Source: Pelagibacteraceae bacterium (GTDB taxonomy: Bacteria > Pseudomonadota > Alphaproteobacteria > Pelagibacterales > Pelagibacteraceae). From it: DNA of 64,000 nt. This document shows, one piece after another, positions 11,965 through 21,687 of this stretch; the first letter of the stretch is position 1; every line of letters begins with the position of its first letter. The DNA lies in NCBI GenBank assembly GCA_045567335.1, contig JBJLCZ010000006.1, positions 9,732 through 73,731 on the forward strand, written 5' to 3'. The position numbers and the translations under genes were made by a program. Under the pieces are notes generated by a model, which saw only the letters and a list, made by a program, of their open reading frames with translations, ran no database searches and was not told the DNA's origin.

Positions 11965-12856
11965 TTTTCTCTAAAAGATATTCAAGCAATATATGCGGAA
12001 AAGTTAAAGACGCCAAACCAATAAAAATGACCTTGTAAATGGCCTCATCAAGCTCGTAAATATTGTTAAGATAATATATAGCTGCCACAAATGCTATTCC
12101 TGTAATAAATGTTAGGGGTATTGCTTTGCTAATAAATATTTTAAATCCAGAAAAAAAATTTTTATTTAATTCAAAAATAAGAGTAATAGAATGTCTTATT
12201 GAGTGAAGGAAGCAAAAATAAATTGTGAAGGCTATAATAGGGGTTAAGAAATAATTAAGTATAATAATAGAAAAAAAATCCATTATCATAAGAGATTTTA
12301 GATTAAAATTCTTTTTATATGGTAAATAAATTGAAGAAATAAAACTTAAAAATAAAAAAAATATTAATAAATAATCATTAAAAAACGAACTTTCGAAAAT
12401 GTTAAAATTTAACGTATTAAATATTTGGTTTGTGGCGTTTCTCTGAAATAATAAAGGGGCGATTATTATAGATGATCCTTTAAAAAAAAATAAACACTCA
12501 GCTAGTAAAAATTTTCTTTTAAAAGTAAATGTAGTATCTTCTTTACCAAAATGGTACGCGGCAACGATTAAAAATAATAACAAAGTTGTATTAGGAAATA
12601 TAAGCCATAAAATTATAATTAAAAAAGAAATAACGAGATAAATAAAATAAAAAAAGAAATTATACTTTAGTCCAAATAATTTTAAAAGTTTTTTTCCTTT
12701 AATATTATCTAATGCTCCGTGGGATATTCCGATAATAAGTATTAAAAATAAACAAATGACTATAGGCTCAAAATTTAAAATAAGATAAACTGGACTCGCT
12801 AAAATACATAAATTAAAAAATATTATTGAATGTTTAAAATTTATATTATTCATCAA
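11954..12856 (-). CDS. blh: Brp/Blh family beta-carotene 15,15'-dioxygenase (retinal forming)
   Basis: Multi-TM; GISHGALD, AYHFG, FCFLHSIRH, LASLTFPH; downstream of crtIBY. Confidence 0.93.
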   Translation of the reverse strand: MMNNINFKHSIIFFNLCILASPVYLILNFEPIVICLFLILIIGISHGALDNIKGKKLLKLFGLKYNFFFYFIYLVISFLIIILWLIFPNTTLLLFLIVAAYHFGKEDTTFTFKRKFLLAECLFFFKGSSIIIAPLLFQRNATNQIFNTLNFNIFESSFFNDYLLIFFLFLSFISSIYLPYKKNFNLKSLMIMDFFSIIILNYFLTPIIAFTIYFCFLHSIRHSITLIFELNKNFFSGFKIFISKAIPLTFITGIAFVAAIYYLNNIYELDEAIYKVIFIGLASLTFPHILLEYLLEKNEK

Positions 12857-13920
12857 TTAAATAATGCCTTTATAAATATTAATTTGGGCATTTTACTTAT
12901 AATATAAATATCTTCTAAAATATTGCTTTTATTTGATAAAAATTTTATTACTGAATTAGGTGAATTTTTAAACATTTTATAAAAAATATTTGGCATTTTT
13001 TCTGGATTGTTTTTAAGAACTTTTAAAAAAATATTATCAAGATACTCATATTTTTTTCCTAAATTATAATTTTTTACTTTTTCAATATTTTCAATATTTT
13101 TTTGAATATATTTACTATGTTCTTGAATATTTAAAAAAGTATATCCTGTACTTAATCTAGTCATTCTTCCTGCTGAACCGATATTAATTATTTTACTATT
13201 ATTTTTAATTGATTGGTAAAATAAAGGTATAGCTCCTTTTTCCTTATATTTAATTTTATAATTTTTTATTTTTAAATTATTATTAATATAATTTTCCAAT
13301 TGCAGATTATAATCCATAAGACTTTGATCCTTTAAATTCGAGAGCCAAGTTGTTTCAACCAATGCTTTATTTTTACTAAAGGGTAAAGTATAAAAAAAAT
13401 GTACATTTTTTTTTTGATCACAATTAAAATCCATTAGATTTAAAATTTTATCATCAAAAATATCTTTTGATGTTTCAATTTCAATTCCTTGAAAATGTTG
13501 CCACAATTTAGATTTATCGAGTTCATTTTCAAAAACACTGTTAAAAATGATTGAGTTTTCTAAATTTATTTTATTTAGATTTTTAAAAAAACTTATATTT
13601 GAATTAGATGAAAGTTTTGAATTAATTTTATTATAAAATTTTCCACTATCAATGCTTTGATAAGGAAATTTTTTTGTACTTAATTTATGATAACTCTTAG
13701 AAGTATTTATTGTAAAATTGTTCCAACTTTTGATTATGCAATCTTCAAAATTGTGATCAAAAACTTTCCAGAAAGACCAAGTTTTATCTCTTTTATATTC
13801 TTTTCTAGTCTCAATAATAGCTAATGTTTTTTCTTTTAATTTGTTATTAATTTCAAGTTCATAGGCTAAAGATAAACCGGCACATCCACCTCCAATGATA
13901 ACATAATCAAATTCTTTCAT
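12853..13920 (-). CDS. crtY: Lycopene beta-cyclase
   Basis: IIGGGCAGLSLA FAD motif, DKTWSFW, QHFQG, LMDF, FFYTLPFS, EKGAIP, STGY. Confidence 0.9.
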   Translation of the reverse strand: MKEFDYVIIGGGCAGLSLAYELEINNKLKEKTLAIIETRKEYKRDKTWSFWKVFDHNFEDCIIKSWNNFTINTSKSYHKLSTKKFPYQSIDSGKFYNKINSKLSSNSNISFFKNLNKINLENSIIFNSVFENELDKSKLWQHFQGIEIETSKDIFDDKILNLMDFNCDQKKNVHFFYTLPFSKNKALVETTWLSNLKDQSLMDYNLQLENYINNNLKIKNYKIKYKEKGAIPLFYQSIKNNSKIINIGSAGRMTRLSTGYTFLNIQEHSKYIQKNIENIEKVKNYNLGKKYEYLDNIFLKVLKNNPEKMPNIFYKMFKNSPNSVIKFLSNKSNILEDIYIISKMPKLIFIKALFN

Positions 13921-14755
13921 TTAAGTTAATTTCTTCCTCCAAAATTTTATGATTAACATGATTATCGTAATTTATTTCTTTAACAAACAATAATTTTATA
14001 AAATCAAAAATAGATAAAAAAGTTTCTATAATTTTTCTAAAAAAAGGAACATATATTTTTCCAGCTTTATTATAATTTTCATTATTTTTTTGTTTTAGAA
14101 TAAAATCACCAATCTTTTTATAAACTCTTCTTGCTACAATGACAGAAAATCTTGATCTTAAAGGTATACCACTTATTGAGTTAAAAGACTTTTGATAAAA
14201 TATTTCAGATTGTTTAACCGTTTCTTGAATGGAAGAGAAATCAGATTCTATATATTTTCTGTCGTTTCTTTTGTCTTCAATAACATCTCTAGCAATATTA
14301 GTAAGTTGCATCGCAATTCCGAGATCAATTGCGCCTTTAAGAGCTTCTTTATTTTTTACTTTTAATATTTTTGACATCATTAAACCAACTGTACCTGCAA
14401 CCCTATAAGAGTACACTAATAAATCTTTTTTTGACTTAATATAAACTTTTTCTTTAAGATCCATTTCTACACCATCAAATAAATCAATTACTATATTTTT
14501 AGAAATATTCTCACTGATAATAGTAGCCCACATTTCTTTAATAATCAGATTATTAAAATTTTTATTTATAAATTCCTTTTTAAATTTTGAAAAGTTTTCT
14601 TTTTTAATATCTAAATGATTAATTTCATCTGCAATATCATCTAAAGTTCTACAAAAATTATATAAAGCTGAACATTTTCGTAACATTTCTTTAGATAAGA
14701 AAAAACTAGCCCAGTAAAAAGATTTTGCGTGTTTTTTTAATAAATTATTACTCAT
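13907..14755 (-). CDS. crtB: Phytoene synthase
   Basis: AKSFYWAS, YNFCRTLDDIAD, YSYRVAGTVG, LGIAMQLTNIARDVIED. Confidence 0.94.
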   Translation of the reverse strand: MSNNLLKKHAKSFYWASFFLSKEMLRKCSALYNFCRTLDDIADEINHLDIKKENFSKFKKEFINKNFNNLIIKEMWATIISENISKNIVIDLFDGVEMDLKEKVYIKSKKDLLVYSYRVAGTVGLMMSKILKVKNKEALKGAIDLGIAMQLTNIARDVIEDKRNDRKYIESDFSSIQETVKQSEIFYQKSFNSISGIPLRSRFSVIVARRVYKKIGDFILKQKNNENYNKAGKIYVPFFRKIIETFLSIFDFIKLLFVKEINYDNHVNHKILEEEINLNERI

Positions 14756-14774
14756 TATATTGCGAAGAGACTTT

Positions 14775-16271
14775 TCAGATATCTTCGTAGTGTTTAATTT
14801 CCTTTGTAAACAATTTCTCTAAAACTTTAGCTGAAGAAAGAACTCCCGGCATTCCTGCACCTGGATGTGTTCCTGCACCAACAAAATATAAATTTTTAAA
14901 TATTTCTGATTGATTATGAAATCTAAAGTAAGCAGACTGTGAAAATTTAGGTTGAATTGAAAACCCAGAGCCATGTAAAGTTGCTAATTCTTTTTCAAAA
15001 TAGTCAGGTGTTAAATAAAAATCACTTGTAACATTTTTTTTAATTCCAGGTAAAACCGTTTCATCCATCTTATTTAAAATTAAATTTTTAAATTTTTTAC
15101 CCTCTGTAGACCAATTTATATTAGAAAGATTATTTGGCACAGGTACCAAGACATAAAAAGCATCTTGACCGCTTGGAGCCATATTCGGATCTGTGGCTGA
15201 TGGCCTGTGTAAATAATAGCTTATATCTTCTGACAATATTTTTTTTTCGAAAATTTTGTCTAAATGTTTCTCATAAGATTTACCAAAATAAATTGTATGA
15301 TGGGCAACGTCATTAAATTTTTTTTTAGAACCAAAATAGTAAACAAATAATCCCATTGAATAGTCCATTCGCTTTATTTTTTGTTTAAATAAAAAATTAT
15401 AGTTATTTTTCGATTTTATTAAATTTTTGTAAACATTTGGTGGATCAGAATTACAAATAATATAATCACAATTTATAATTTTTGAATTATTTATTTTTAC
15501 AGCTTTTACTTCTTTTTTTTCAGTCAAAATTTCTGTTACTTCTGCATCTTTAATTATTTTTATATTCTCCTCTTTCATTAATTTTTCTAATGCCTGCACA
15601 ACTCTTCCGGTTCCACCCATTGAATAATGAATGCCCCATTTTTTTTCTAAAAATAAAATAAGAGTATAAATTGAAGTTGTGGTGTAAGGATTACCTCCTA
15701 CTAGTAAAGGATGCATACTAAACACCCTCCTTAATTTTTCATTAGAAATATAATTTGAAACTAAACTATATACAGATTTATAGCTTTTTAGTTTCAATAA
15801 AGCAGGGATTTGCTTTAGCATAAAAACTAAATTATTAAATGGTTTATCTGATAGATCGACAAACCCTTTATCAAAAATCTTTTCTGTAAAATTAACTAGT
15901 TTTTTATATCCCTTATAATCTTTCGAAGAAAATTTTTTAACCTGTTCTTCCATAAGTGTATCATTTCCATTATAATCAAAAGTTTCACCATCGTTAAATA
16001 CAAAGCGGTACCACAAATCTAGAGGAACAATTTCGACATAGTCAGAAATTTTTTTGTTAAATAAAGAAAATAATTCATCAAATAAATATGGAGCCGTAAT
16101 TACAGTAGGACCGCCATCATAAATAAATTTGTCTTTTTTAAAAACACGAGCTCGACCACCTAAATCAGGATGTTTTTCTACAAGTGTAACATCAAAACCT
16201 CTAGCACGCATTCTCAATGCTACGGCTAAACCACCAAAACCTGAACCAATAACTATTATTTTTTTTGCCAT
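14775..16271 (-). CDS. crtI: Phytoene desaturase
   Basis: VIGSGFGGLA, GGRA, DGGPTVIT, LLVGGNP, NLYFVGAGTHPGAGMPGVLSSA. Confidence 0.95.
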   Translation of the reverse strand: MAKKIIVIGSGFGGLAVALRMRARGFDVTLVEKHPDLGGRARVFKKDKFIYDGGPTVITAPYLFDELFSLFNKKISDYVEIVPLDLWYRFVFNDGETFDYNGNDTLMEEQVKKFSSKDYKGYKKLVNFTEKIFDKGFVDLSDKPFNNLVFMLKQIPALLKLKSYKSVYSLVSNYISNEKLRRVFSMHPLLVGGNPYTTTSIYTLILFLEKKWGIHYSMGGTGRVVQALEKLMKEENIKIIKDAEVTEILTEKKEVKAVKINNSKIINCDYIICNSDPPNVYKNLIKSKNNYNFLFKQKIKRMDYSMGLFVYYFGSKKKFNDVAHHTIYFGKSYEKHLDKIFEKKILSEDISYYLHRPSATDPNMAPSGQDAFYVLVPVPNNLSNINWSTEGKKFKNLILNKMDETVLPGIKKNVTSDFYLTPDYFEKELATLHGSGFSIQPKFSQSAYFRFHNQSEIFKNLYFVGAGTHPGAGMPGVLSSAKVLEKLFTKEIKHYEDI

Positions 16272-16288
16272 TATTATTATGGCCTATT

Positions 16289-16786
16289 CTAACTGGATTT
16301 TTTCTTAAGAGCTAATTTTGTTTCTTCAATACTATTCAAATAAAGCTTTTCCAGCTTACTTTTATCTAAGGAATTTTTTAATAATCTTTCTATTGATCTC
16401 ATAGCTATTTTTATAGACACATTTTTAATGTCTTTATAAGCCTGGTCTTTCATTTGTTTAATTTTATCCTCTGCACTTTTTTTTCTATTTTCAATTAAAT
16501 TATGTAATTCTTCATTTGTTTTGATGATTAATTTTTCAGAATCTTCATTTGCTTTATTTATCATCAACTTAATTTCTGATTTGGAATTACTTATTTTTTT
16601 TTCACGCTCACTCAATAAATCTTTTGCTTCTTCTTTTAGTTTTTCAGCATTATTAATTTGATCTTTAATATTTTTTATACTTTCATCTAAAATGAAAAAA
16701 ACTTTTTGTGGCACTTTTAAATATATTATCAATCCAACAAATATTACAAAAGATACAGCGACCCAAAATGTAGCATCTATAATCAT
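16289..16786 (-). CDS. atpF: F0F1 ATP synthase subunit b
   Basis: IDATFWVAVSF N-terminal TM plus charged coiled coil; F0 operon position. Confidence 0.9.
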   Translation of the reverse strand: MIIDATFWVAVSFVIFVGLIIYLKVPQKVFFILDESIKNIKDQINNAEKLKEEAKDLLSEREKKISNSKSEIKLMINKANEDSEKLIIKTNEELHNLIENRKKSAEDKIKQMKDQAYKDIKNVSIKIAMRSIERLLKNSLDKSKLEKLYLNSIEETKLALKKKSS

Positions 16787-17358
16787 AAGTATTTGCCTAA
16801 ATTTTCTTTTAAAGATTGAGAAATAGCGGCCTTAATACTACTTTCATTTAATTTGTCTCCAGAAATGTTTTCAATAATATTTGATGTAATTTCAGTTGAA
16901 ATTTTTTCTACGTCTTGAATTGAATCTCTTTTTAAATTTAAAATTTCCTCTTGAACTTTTTTAATTTCTTTATCTATTTCGTTTTCAAATTTTTTTTTCT
17001 TAAGTTGAATATCACTTGTCAATTTATTTCTACTTTCAAATAATATTTTTTGAACTTCTTTTTTAGCGTTATTCATAATTAAATCATAATCTTTTTGTTT
17101 TATATCAGCGTTTTCTTTAAAGCTTTTGGCGTTATCCAAGTCATCTTTGATCTTATTTTCTCTATCTTCAAGGCCATTTTTTATTTTTGGTATAAAGATT
17201 TTAGAAATAATCAAGTAAAGAGATGTAAAAACTAAAATTAGCCAAAAAGCTTGGGATGCCCAAAATTCTGGATCAAGCTGAGGCATTCCCGCCTCAGCTG
17301 CGTTTATATTAGTTTGTAAAACTAACGATCCAAAAATTATGCCAAATAAAATTTTCAT
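16783..17358 (-). CDS. atpF2: F0F1 ATP synthase subunit b'
   Basis: GMPQLD..SQAFWL motif of alphaproteobacterial b'. Confidence 0.9.
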   Translation of the reverse strand: MKILFGIIFGSLVLQTNINAAEAGMPQLDPEFWASQAFWLILVFTSLYLIISKIFIPKIKNGLEDRENKIKDDLDNAKSFKENADIKQKDYDLIMNNAKKEVQKILFESRNKLTSDIQLKKKKFENEIDKEIKKVQEEILNLKRDSIQDVEKISTEITSNIIENISGDKLNESSIKAAISQSLKENLGKYL

Positions 17359-17367
17359 AAATTTTAT

Positions 17368-17595
17368 TTAAAACGCAAATAAAATTATTAATGCAACCAC
17401 TAGACCAAATAGCCCAGTTGCTTCAGCTAGTGCAAATCCTAAAAGTAAATTAGGGAATTGTTTTTGTGCTGCTGAAGGGTTTCTCATTGCTCCAGACAAG
17501 TAGTTACCAAATATTATTCCGATACCTACTCCAGCTCCTGCTAATGCGATTGCTGCAAGTCCTGCCCCAATCATTTTTGCTGCTTCTAACTCCAT
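17368..17595 (-). CDS. atpE: F0F1 ATP synthase subunit c
   Basis: GAGVGIG, RNP loop, LGFALAEATGLF with the ion-binding Glu. Confidence 0.98.
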   Translation of the reverse strand: MELEAAKMIGAGLAAIALAGAGVGIGIIFGNYLSGAMRNPSAAQKQFPNLLLGFALAEATGLFGLVVALIILFAF

Positions 17596-17599
17596 TTTT

Positions 17600-17605
17600 C
17601 CTCCT
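17600..17605 (-). promoter_or_regulatory. Strong Shine-Dalgarno of atpE
   Basis: Minus strand reads TAATAAAAAAAAAGGAGGAAAAATG. Confidence 0.8.
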
Positions 17606-17614
17606 TTTTTTTTA

Positions 17615-18349
17615 TTAATGGTGTAAATTTAATGCATCATTTAAATAGATACAGGTTAATATTGCAAAAACATAAGCCTGAAGAAAAGCGACTAATATCT
17701 CTAAGCCAGTTAATGCTACTGAAAAACTAAGCGGTAACCAACCGCCTAATATTCCTAAACTAATTACAAAACCTCCAAATACTTTTAACATAGTATGACC
17801 GGCCATCATATTTGCGAATAAACGGACTGACAAACTTACTGGCCTACTTAAATATGAGATGATTTCAATTACAGTGATTAATGGAAGTAGTAGAGTAGGC
17901 ACACCACTAGGAACAAAAAGTTTTAAATAACCAAAACCATGCTTCATAAAACCTATAATAGTCACTGCTATAAAAATGAACAAAGCTAATAAAAGAGTTA
18001 CTATAATGTGACTAGTAACAGTAAAAGAGTAAGGTAACATTCCTATCATGTTACACAAAAGTACGAAAATAAATAAACTAAATATAAATGGAAAATATGG
18101 TTTTGCTTTTGAACCAGCAGTATCATTTATCATTTTGGCTATAAAATTATAAAACATCTCTGAAATTAATTGTATTTTACCTGGGACTAATTTTTTTTGT
18201 TTAGTGCCTAAAAATAAAAATAAACAAATTGTTATAGCACTTATCATCATAAAAAGGCTTGCATTTGTAAAAGAAATATCTATACCCGCTATCTTGATTT
18301 CAGGTCCCATTCTGTGCACATTAAATTGGTGCATTGGATTTGTTGACAT
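17615..18349 (-). CDS. atpB: F0F1 ATP synthase subunit a
   Basis: PMHQF, RPVSLSVRLFANMMAGH, LQAYVF. Confidence 0.97.
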   Translation of the reverse strand: MSTNPMHQFNVHRMGPEIKIAGIDISFTNASLFMMISAITICLFLFLGTKQKKLVPGKIQLISEMFYNFIAKMINDTAGSKAKPYFPFIFSLFIFVLLCNMIGMLPYSFTVTSHIIVTLLLALFIFIAVTIIGFMKHGFGYLKLFVPSGVPTLLLPLITVIEIISYLSRPVSLSVRLFANMMAGHTMLKVFGGFVISLGILGGWLPLSFSVALTGLEILVAFLQAYVFAILTCIYLNDALNLHH

Positions 18350-18361
18350 AAAATTACTTTT

Positions 18362-18646
18362 CTAATCTTTTTTTTGGAGTTTATTTGCTACTCTTATTAC
18401 ATTTAACATTCCTGCGGCAGCTCCTAAAAAAAAGAAAATTATTATTAACCAAGGTTTAGTACCAAACCAATTATCTAAAATAAACCCAATTATTGTCCCA
18501 ACCCCAACCGATGCGACAAGTTCGGTACCTAGTTTGAAAGCAATACCCATAAAAGTACCTTTTTTATTACTATCTGAGAGGGAATTTTCTTTTAATTTTG
18601 ATTTTTCAATTTTTAAGCGAGTTTTAAAGTCTTTTAATTCAGGCAT
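18362..18646 (-). CDS. atpI: ATP synthase protein I (AtpZ/AtpI family)
   Basis: ELVASVGVGTIIGFILDNWFGTKPW..LGAAAG; first gene of F0 cluster. Confidence 0.9.
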   Translation of the reverse strand: MPELKDFKTRLKIEKSKLKENSLSDSNKKGTFMGIAFKLGTELVASVGVGTIIGFILDNWFGTKPWLIIIFFFLGAAAGMLNVIRVANKLQKKD

Positions 18647-18652
18647 TACTTA

Positions 18653-21097
18653 TTAAGCCACAAGTTCTTCTGCTTTTTGAAGATCAACAGCTACCAATTG
18701 ACTAACACCTTTCTCTGGCATCGTTACACCGTAGAGACGATGCATTCTAGACATTGTAAGAGCGTGATGAGAAATTATTATAAATTTTGTTTTTGTTATT
18801 TTCGTTAGTTCATCTAGTAGCGCACAAAATCTTGTTACGTTTGCATCGTCTAAAGGAGCGTCTACTTCATCAAGAACACAAATTGGAGAAGGATTTACTA
18901 AAAAAACTGCAAATATTAGAGATAAAGCTGTCAAGGCTTGTTCACCTCCAGAGAGAAGAGTAATAGATTGTAGTCTTTTACCAGGAGGAGATACCAACAT
19001 TTCTAAACCTGCTTCTAAAGGGTCGTCAGAGTCAACTAATTCTAATTTGGCATTACCTCCACTAAAAAGCTTCGTGTAAACTTCATTAAATTTTCTATTC
19101 ACTTTACCAAACGCATCTAAAAGCTTTTCCCTTCCTTTCTGATTTAGTTCATCGATACTTGATTTTAATTTTACAATAGCTGAGTATAAATCAGCTCTAT
19201 CATCTTCCATTTTTTTTATTTCAGTTTCATATTTTTTGGTTTCTTCATCTGCACGAAGATTTACAGAACCTAAAGATTCTCTTTGTTTCTTTGTTTTTTC
19301 AACTTTATTTTCTTGATCATTAATACTAGGAAAATCCTCTGTAATTAAAGAGTTTAAATCTGAATTAGACAATAAACTATTTTCATTATCAATGTTAAGC
19401 TCATTTTTAACAGAATAAAGAAGGTCTTTTTTTCTATTTTCTATACCTTCGACAGTTGCTTCGTTTCTAGCTTTATTTTCTCTCAAAGTTGATAATTTCT
19501 CCTGTATTTCTTTTAAATTCTTATTTATTAAATTATATTTTTTTTCTGCTTCATTAAGTTCTGATTGTAATTCTTCACTTCTTTTTTTAGTATTTTCTAA
19601 ATTTTGAATATTTTGTCCTTTTATATTTGCAATCTTTTCAGGATTTTTTTGATTTTCGTTTATCTCTGTTTGAATTTTTAATTTTCGTTGATTTAACTCG
19701 ATAAGCATTTTTTCTGAATTACTTTTTAAATTTTTCCAATTTTCTAACTCTACATCAATATTTTTTATTCTTTCTTTTCTTTTAATAGAGTCGCTTTTAA
19801 TTGATTCATTTTTACCATATGAAGAAGCATATTCTTCTTGAGATATAGTTATTTTATTTATTAAATTTTTTAATGTTTTAAAAATATCTTTTGTTAATTT
19901 TTTTTCCGAATCAATGTATTTTTCAATTTCATCAATTAATTGATCTAGTTGATCCTGTAGTTTTTTTAAATTGTTTCTCGTTTGACTTAAATTTTCTGCA
20001 GAATTATTTTCAGCTTCAAATAAATTTTTTTCCGTAGACAAAAGTTCGTTTTTTTCCTCTAAAATTCTTTTTTCATTTAAAGAAGCATCAAGAGAAATGC
20101 TTTTTTCTCTTTCAAAATCAGAACTTAAAGTGTCCAATGTTTTTAAAAGTTTAATTTGTATATTTTTTACCCTTGCTTCCTCCTCTTCTAAGTTTGACAT
20201 GTCAAGATTAAGTTTCTGAAGTTTTGCTAAGCTCTCCATTTTTCTATCTCTTAAAGGAGCCAGTCTTTCATTTTCTTCTTCAAGCAATGTGTTATTATGA
20301 TTTAGATCAATTTTTATAGCACTTATTTCGTCTTCTTGCTCACCAAGCTTTTCTGTAATATTTTTTTTGTCTTTTTCAATTTCTTGTAATTTTAAATAAT
20401 ATAACCCAGCTTCAATTTTTTTTATGTTTCTAGAAATTTCTTTATATCTAGTTGCTTCTTCAGCTTGTTTTTTTAAATTTTCTAATTGTTTTTCTTGTTG
20501 TCGTTTAAGCTCATCTGCTCTTTTTAAATTATTTTCAGCTGCATTTAACCTAAGTTCAGCTTCTTGTCTTCTTGCATGTATTCCTGATATTCCAGCAGCT
20601 TCCTCTAAAACCGCTCTTCTTTCTGATGGCTTAGAGGTGACAAGCATTCCAATTTTTCCTTGGCTAATTAAAGATGGAGAATGAGCTCCTGTAGAAAGAT
20701 CAGCAAAAAAAGTTTGTGCATCTCTTGCTCTAGTTTCTTTTCCGTTAATAAAATATTTTGATCCTTTACCCCTTTCAATTTTTCTACTGATTATAATTTC
20801 ATCTAATTCACTATATTGGAACGACTCATCTTTATTAGAATTTTCTAATAAAATAGAAACTTCAGAGATGTTTTTTGCTGGCCTGTTAGATGTACCTGAA
20901 AAGATTACGTCTTCCATTCCAGAACCTCTCATACTTTTTGCAGAAGTTTCACCCATACACCATCTTAGAGACTCAACTATATTTGATTTTCCACATCCAT
21001 TCGGACCCACTATACCAGTTAAGCCGTCTTCGATTGCAAATGTTGTTTTATCAAAAAAAGATTTAAAACCTATAATTTCTAATTTTTTAAATTTCAT
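18653..21097 (-). CDS. smc: Chromosome segregation SMC protein, short (814 aa), apparently lacking the hinge domain
   Basis: GFKSF, Walker A GPNGCGKSN, LEEAAGI, LGSVNLRA, PPGK, LSGGE signature, Walker B/D-loop LDEVDAPLD; conserved dciA-dsbA-smc context. Confidence 0.93.
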   Translation of the reverse strand: MKFKKLEIIGFKSFFDKTTFAIEDGLTGIVGPNGCGKSNIVESLRWCMGETSAKSMRGSGMEDVIFSGTSNRPAKNISEVSILLENSNKDESFQYSELDEIIISRKIERGKGSKYFINGKETRARDAQTFFADLSTGAHSPSLISQGKIGMLVTSKPSERRAVLEEAAGISGIHARRQEAELRLNAAENNLKRADELKRQQEKQLENLKKQAEEATRYKEISRNIKKIEAGLYYLKLQEIEKDKKNITEKLGEQEDEISAIKIDLNHNNTLLEEENERLAPLRDRKMESLAKLQKLNLDMSNLEEEEARVKNIQIKLLKTLDTLSSDFEREKSISLDASLNEKRILEEKNELLSTEKNLFEAENNSAENLSQTRNNLKKLQDQLDQLIDEIEKYIDSEKKLTKDIFKTLKNLINKITISQEEYASSYGKNESIKSDSIKRKERIKNIDVELENWKNLKSNSEKMLIELNQRKLKIQTEINENQKNPEKIANIKGQNIQNLENTKKRSEELQSELNEAEKKYNLINKNLKEIQEKLSTLRENKARNEATVEGIENRKKDLLYSVKNELNIDNENSLLSNSDLNSLITEDFPSINDQENKVEKTKKQRESLGSVNLRADEETKKYETEIKKMEDDRADLYSAIVKLKSSIDELNQKGREKLLDAFGKVNRKFNEVYTKLFSGGNAKLELVDSDDPLEAGLEMLVSPPGKRLQSITLLSGGEQALTALSLIFAVFLVNPSPICVLDEVDAPLDDANVTRFCALLDELTKITKTKFIIISHHALTMSRMHRLYGVTMPEKGVSQLVAVDLQKAEELVA

Positions 21098-21099
21098 AT

Positions 21100-21687
21100 C
21101 TATAAAAGTTTGTTCAAAGTTTTCTTAAATGAATCAAAATCATGTTTTCCTTCATACTTCTTTTCGTTTATAAAAATTGTTGGTGTTGAACTTATTTTGT
21201 AATTTTTTTGCGCATCAATTCTCTCATTAAGTATTTGATCCTGAACTTTTTCATCTTCAAGACACTTATTTAATTGTTTTTCATTTAAACCAAAAGTTAA
21301 TCCAATCTTTTTTAAGGAGTCGTTAATAATATTAATATCTGATCCTACTGCCCAAATACTCTGCTTTTTATAAATTTCACTTAAAAGATTAAATCTTATT
21401 TTTATATTGGTCGTACAACGTACAATTTTTTCAGCATTTAAAGCTGCAAGGTCTAATGGAAAACCATGATGTTCAAATTTTACTTTACTATTATTAATGT
21501 ATTCTTTTTGCAAATCCTCAAAAATATTATTATGAAAATTTGCACAGTGTGGACATGTTAAAGATGAAAAAACTTTTATTGTAAGTTTCGCTCTATCACT
21601 TCCTATTTTTAGAGCATTGTTTTCTGCAAGTACAGGCTGAAAAATTAAATAAAAAAATAATAATAAAATAGAAATTTTTTTAGTCAT
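21100..21687 (-). CDS. DsbA family thioredoxin-fold protein
   Basis: Signal peptide, SLTCPHCANFH, FPLD, STPT cis-Pro loop. Confidence 0.9.
   Translation of the reverse strand: MTKKISILLLFFYLIFQPVLAENNALKIGSDRAKLTIKVFSSLTCPHCANFHNNIFEDLQKEYINNSKVKFEHHGFPLDLAALNAEKIVRCTTNIKIRFNLLSEIYKKQSIWAVGSDINIINDSLKKIGLTFGLNEKQLNKCLEDEKVQDQILNERIDAQKNYKISSTPTIFINEKKYEGKHDFDSFKKTLNKLL

Noticed and set aside
17368-17595. Possible Na+-translocating ATP synthase
   Set aside because: Subunit c lacks the Q...E-S/T Na+ signature (has E-A-T and no helix-1 Gln), consistent with H+ coupling
18653-21097. Short SMC as RecN, SbcC/Rad50 or Wadjet JetC
   Set aside because: Head motifs (GFKSF, LEEAAGI, GxVNLRA, PPGK, LSGGE, DEVDAPLD) and dciA-dsbA-smc context are those of housekeeping Smc; no sbcD or jet genes adjacent
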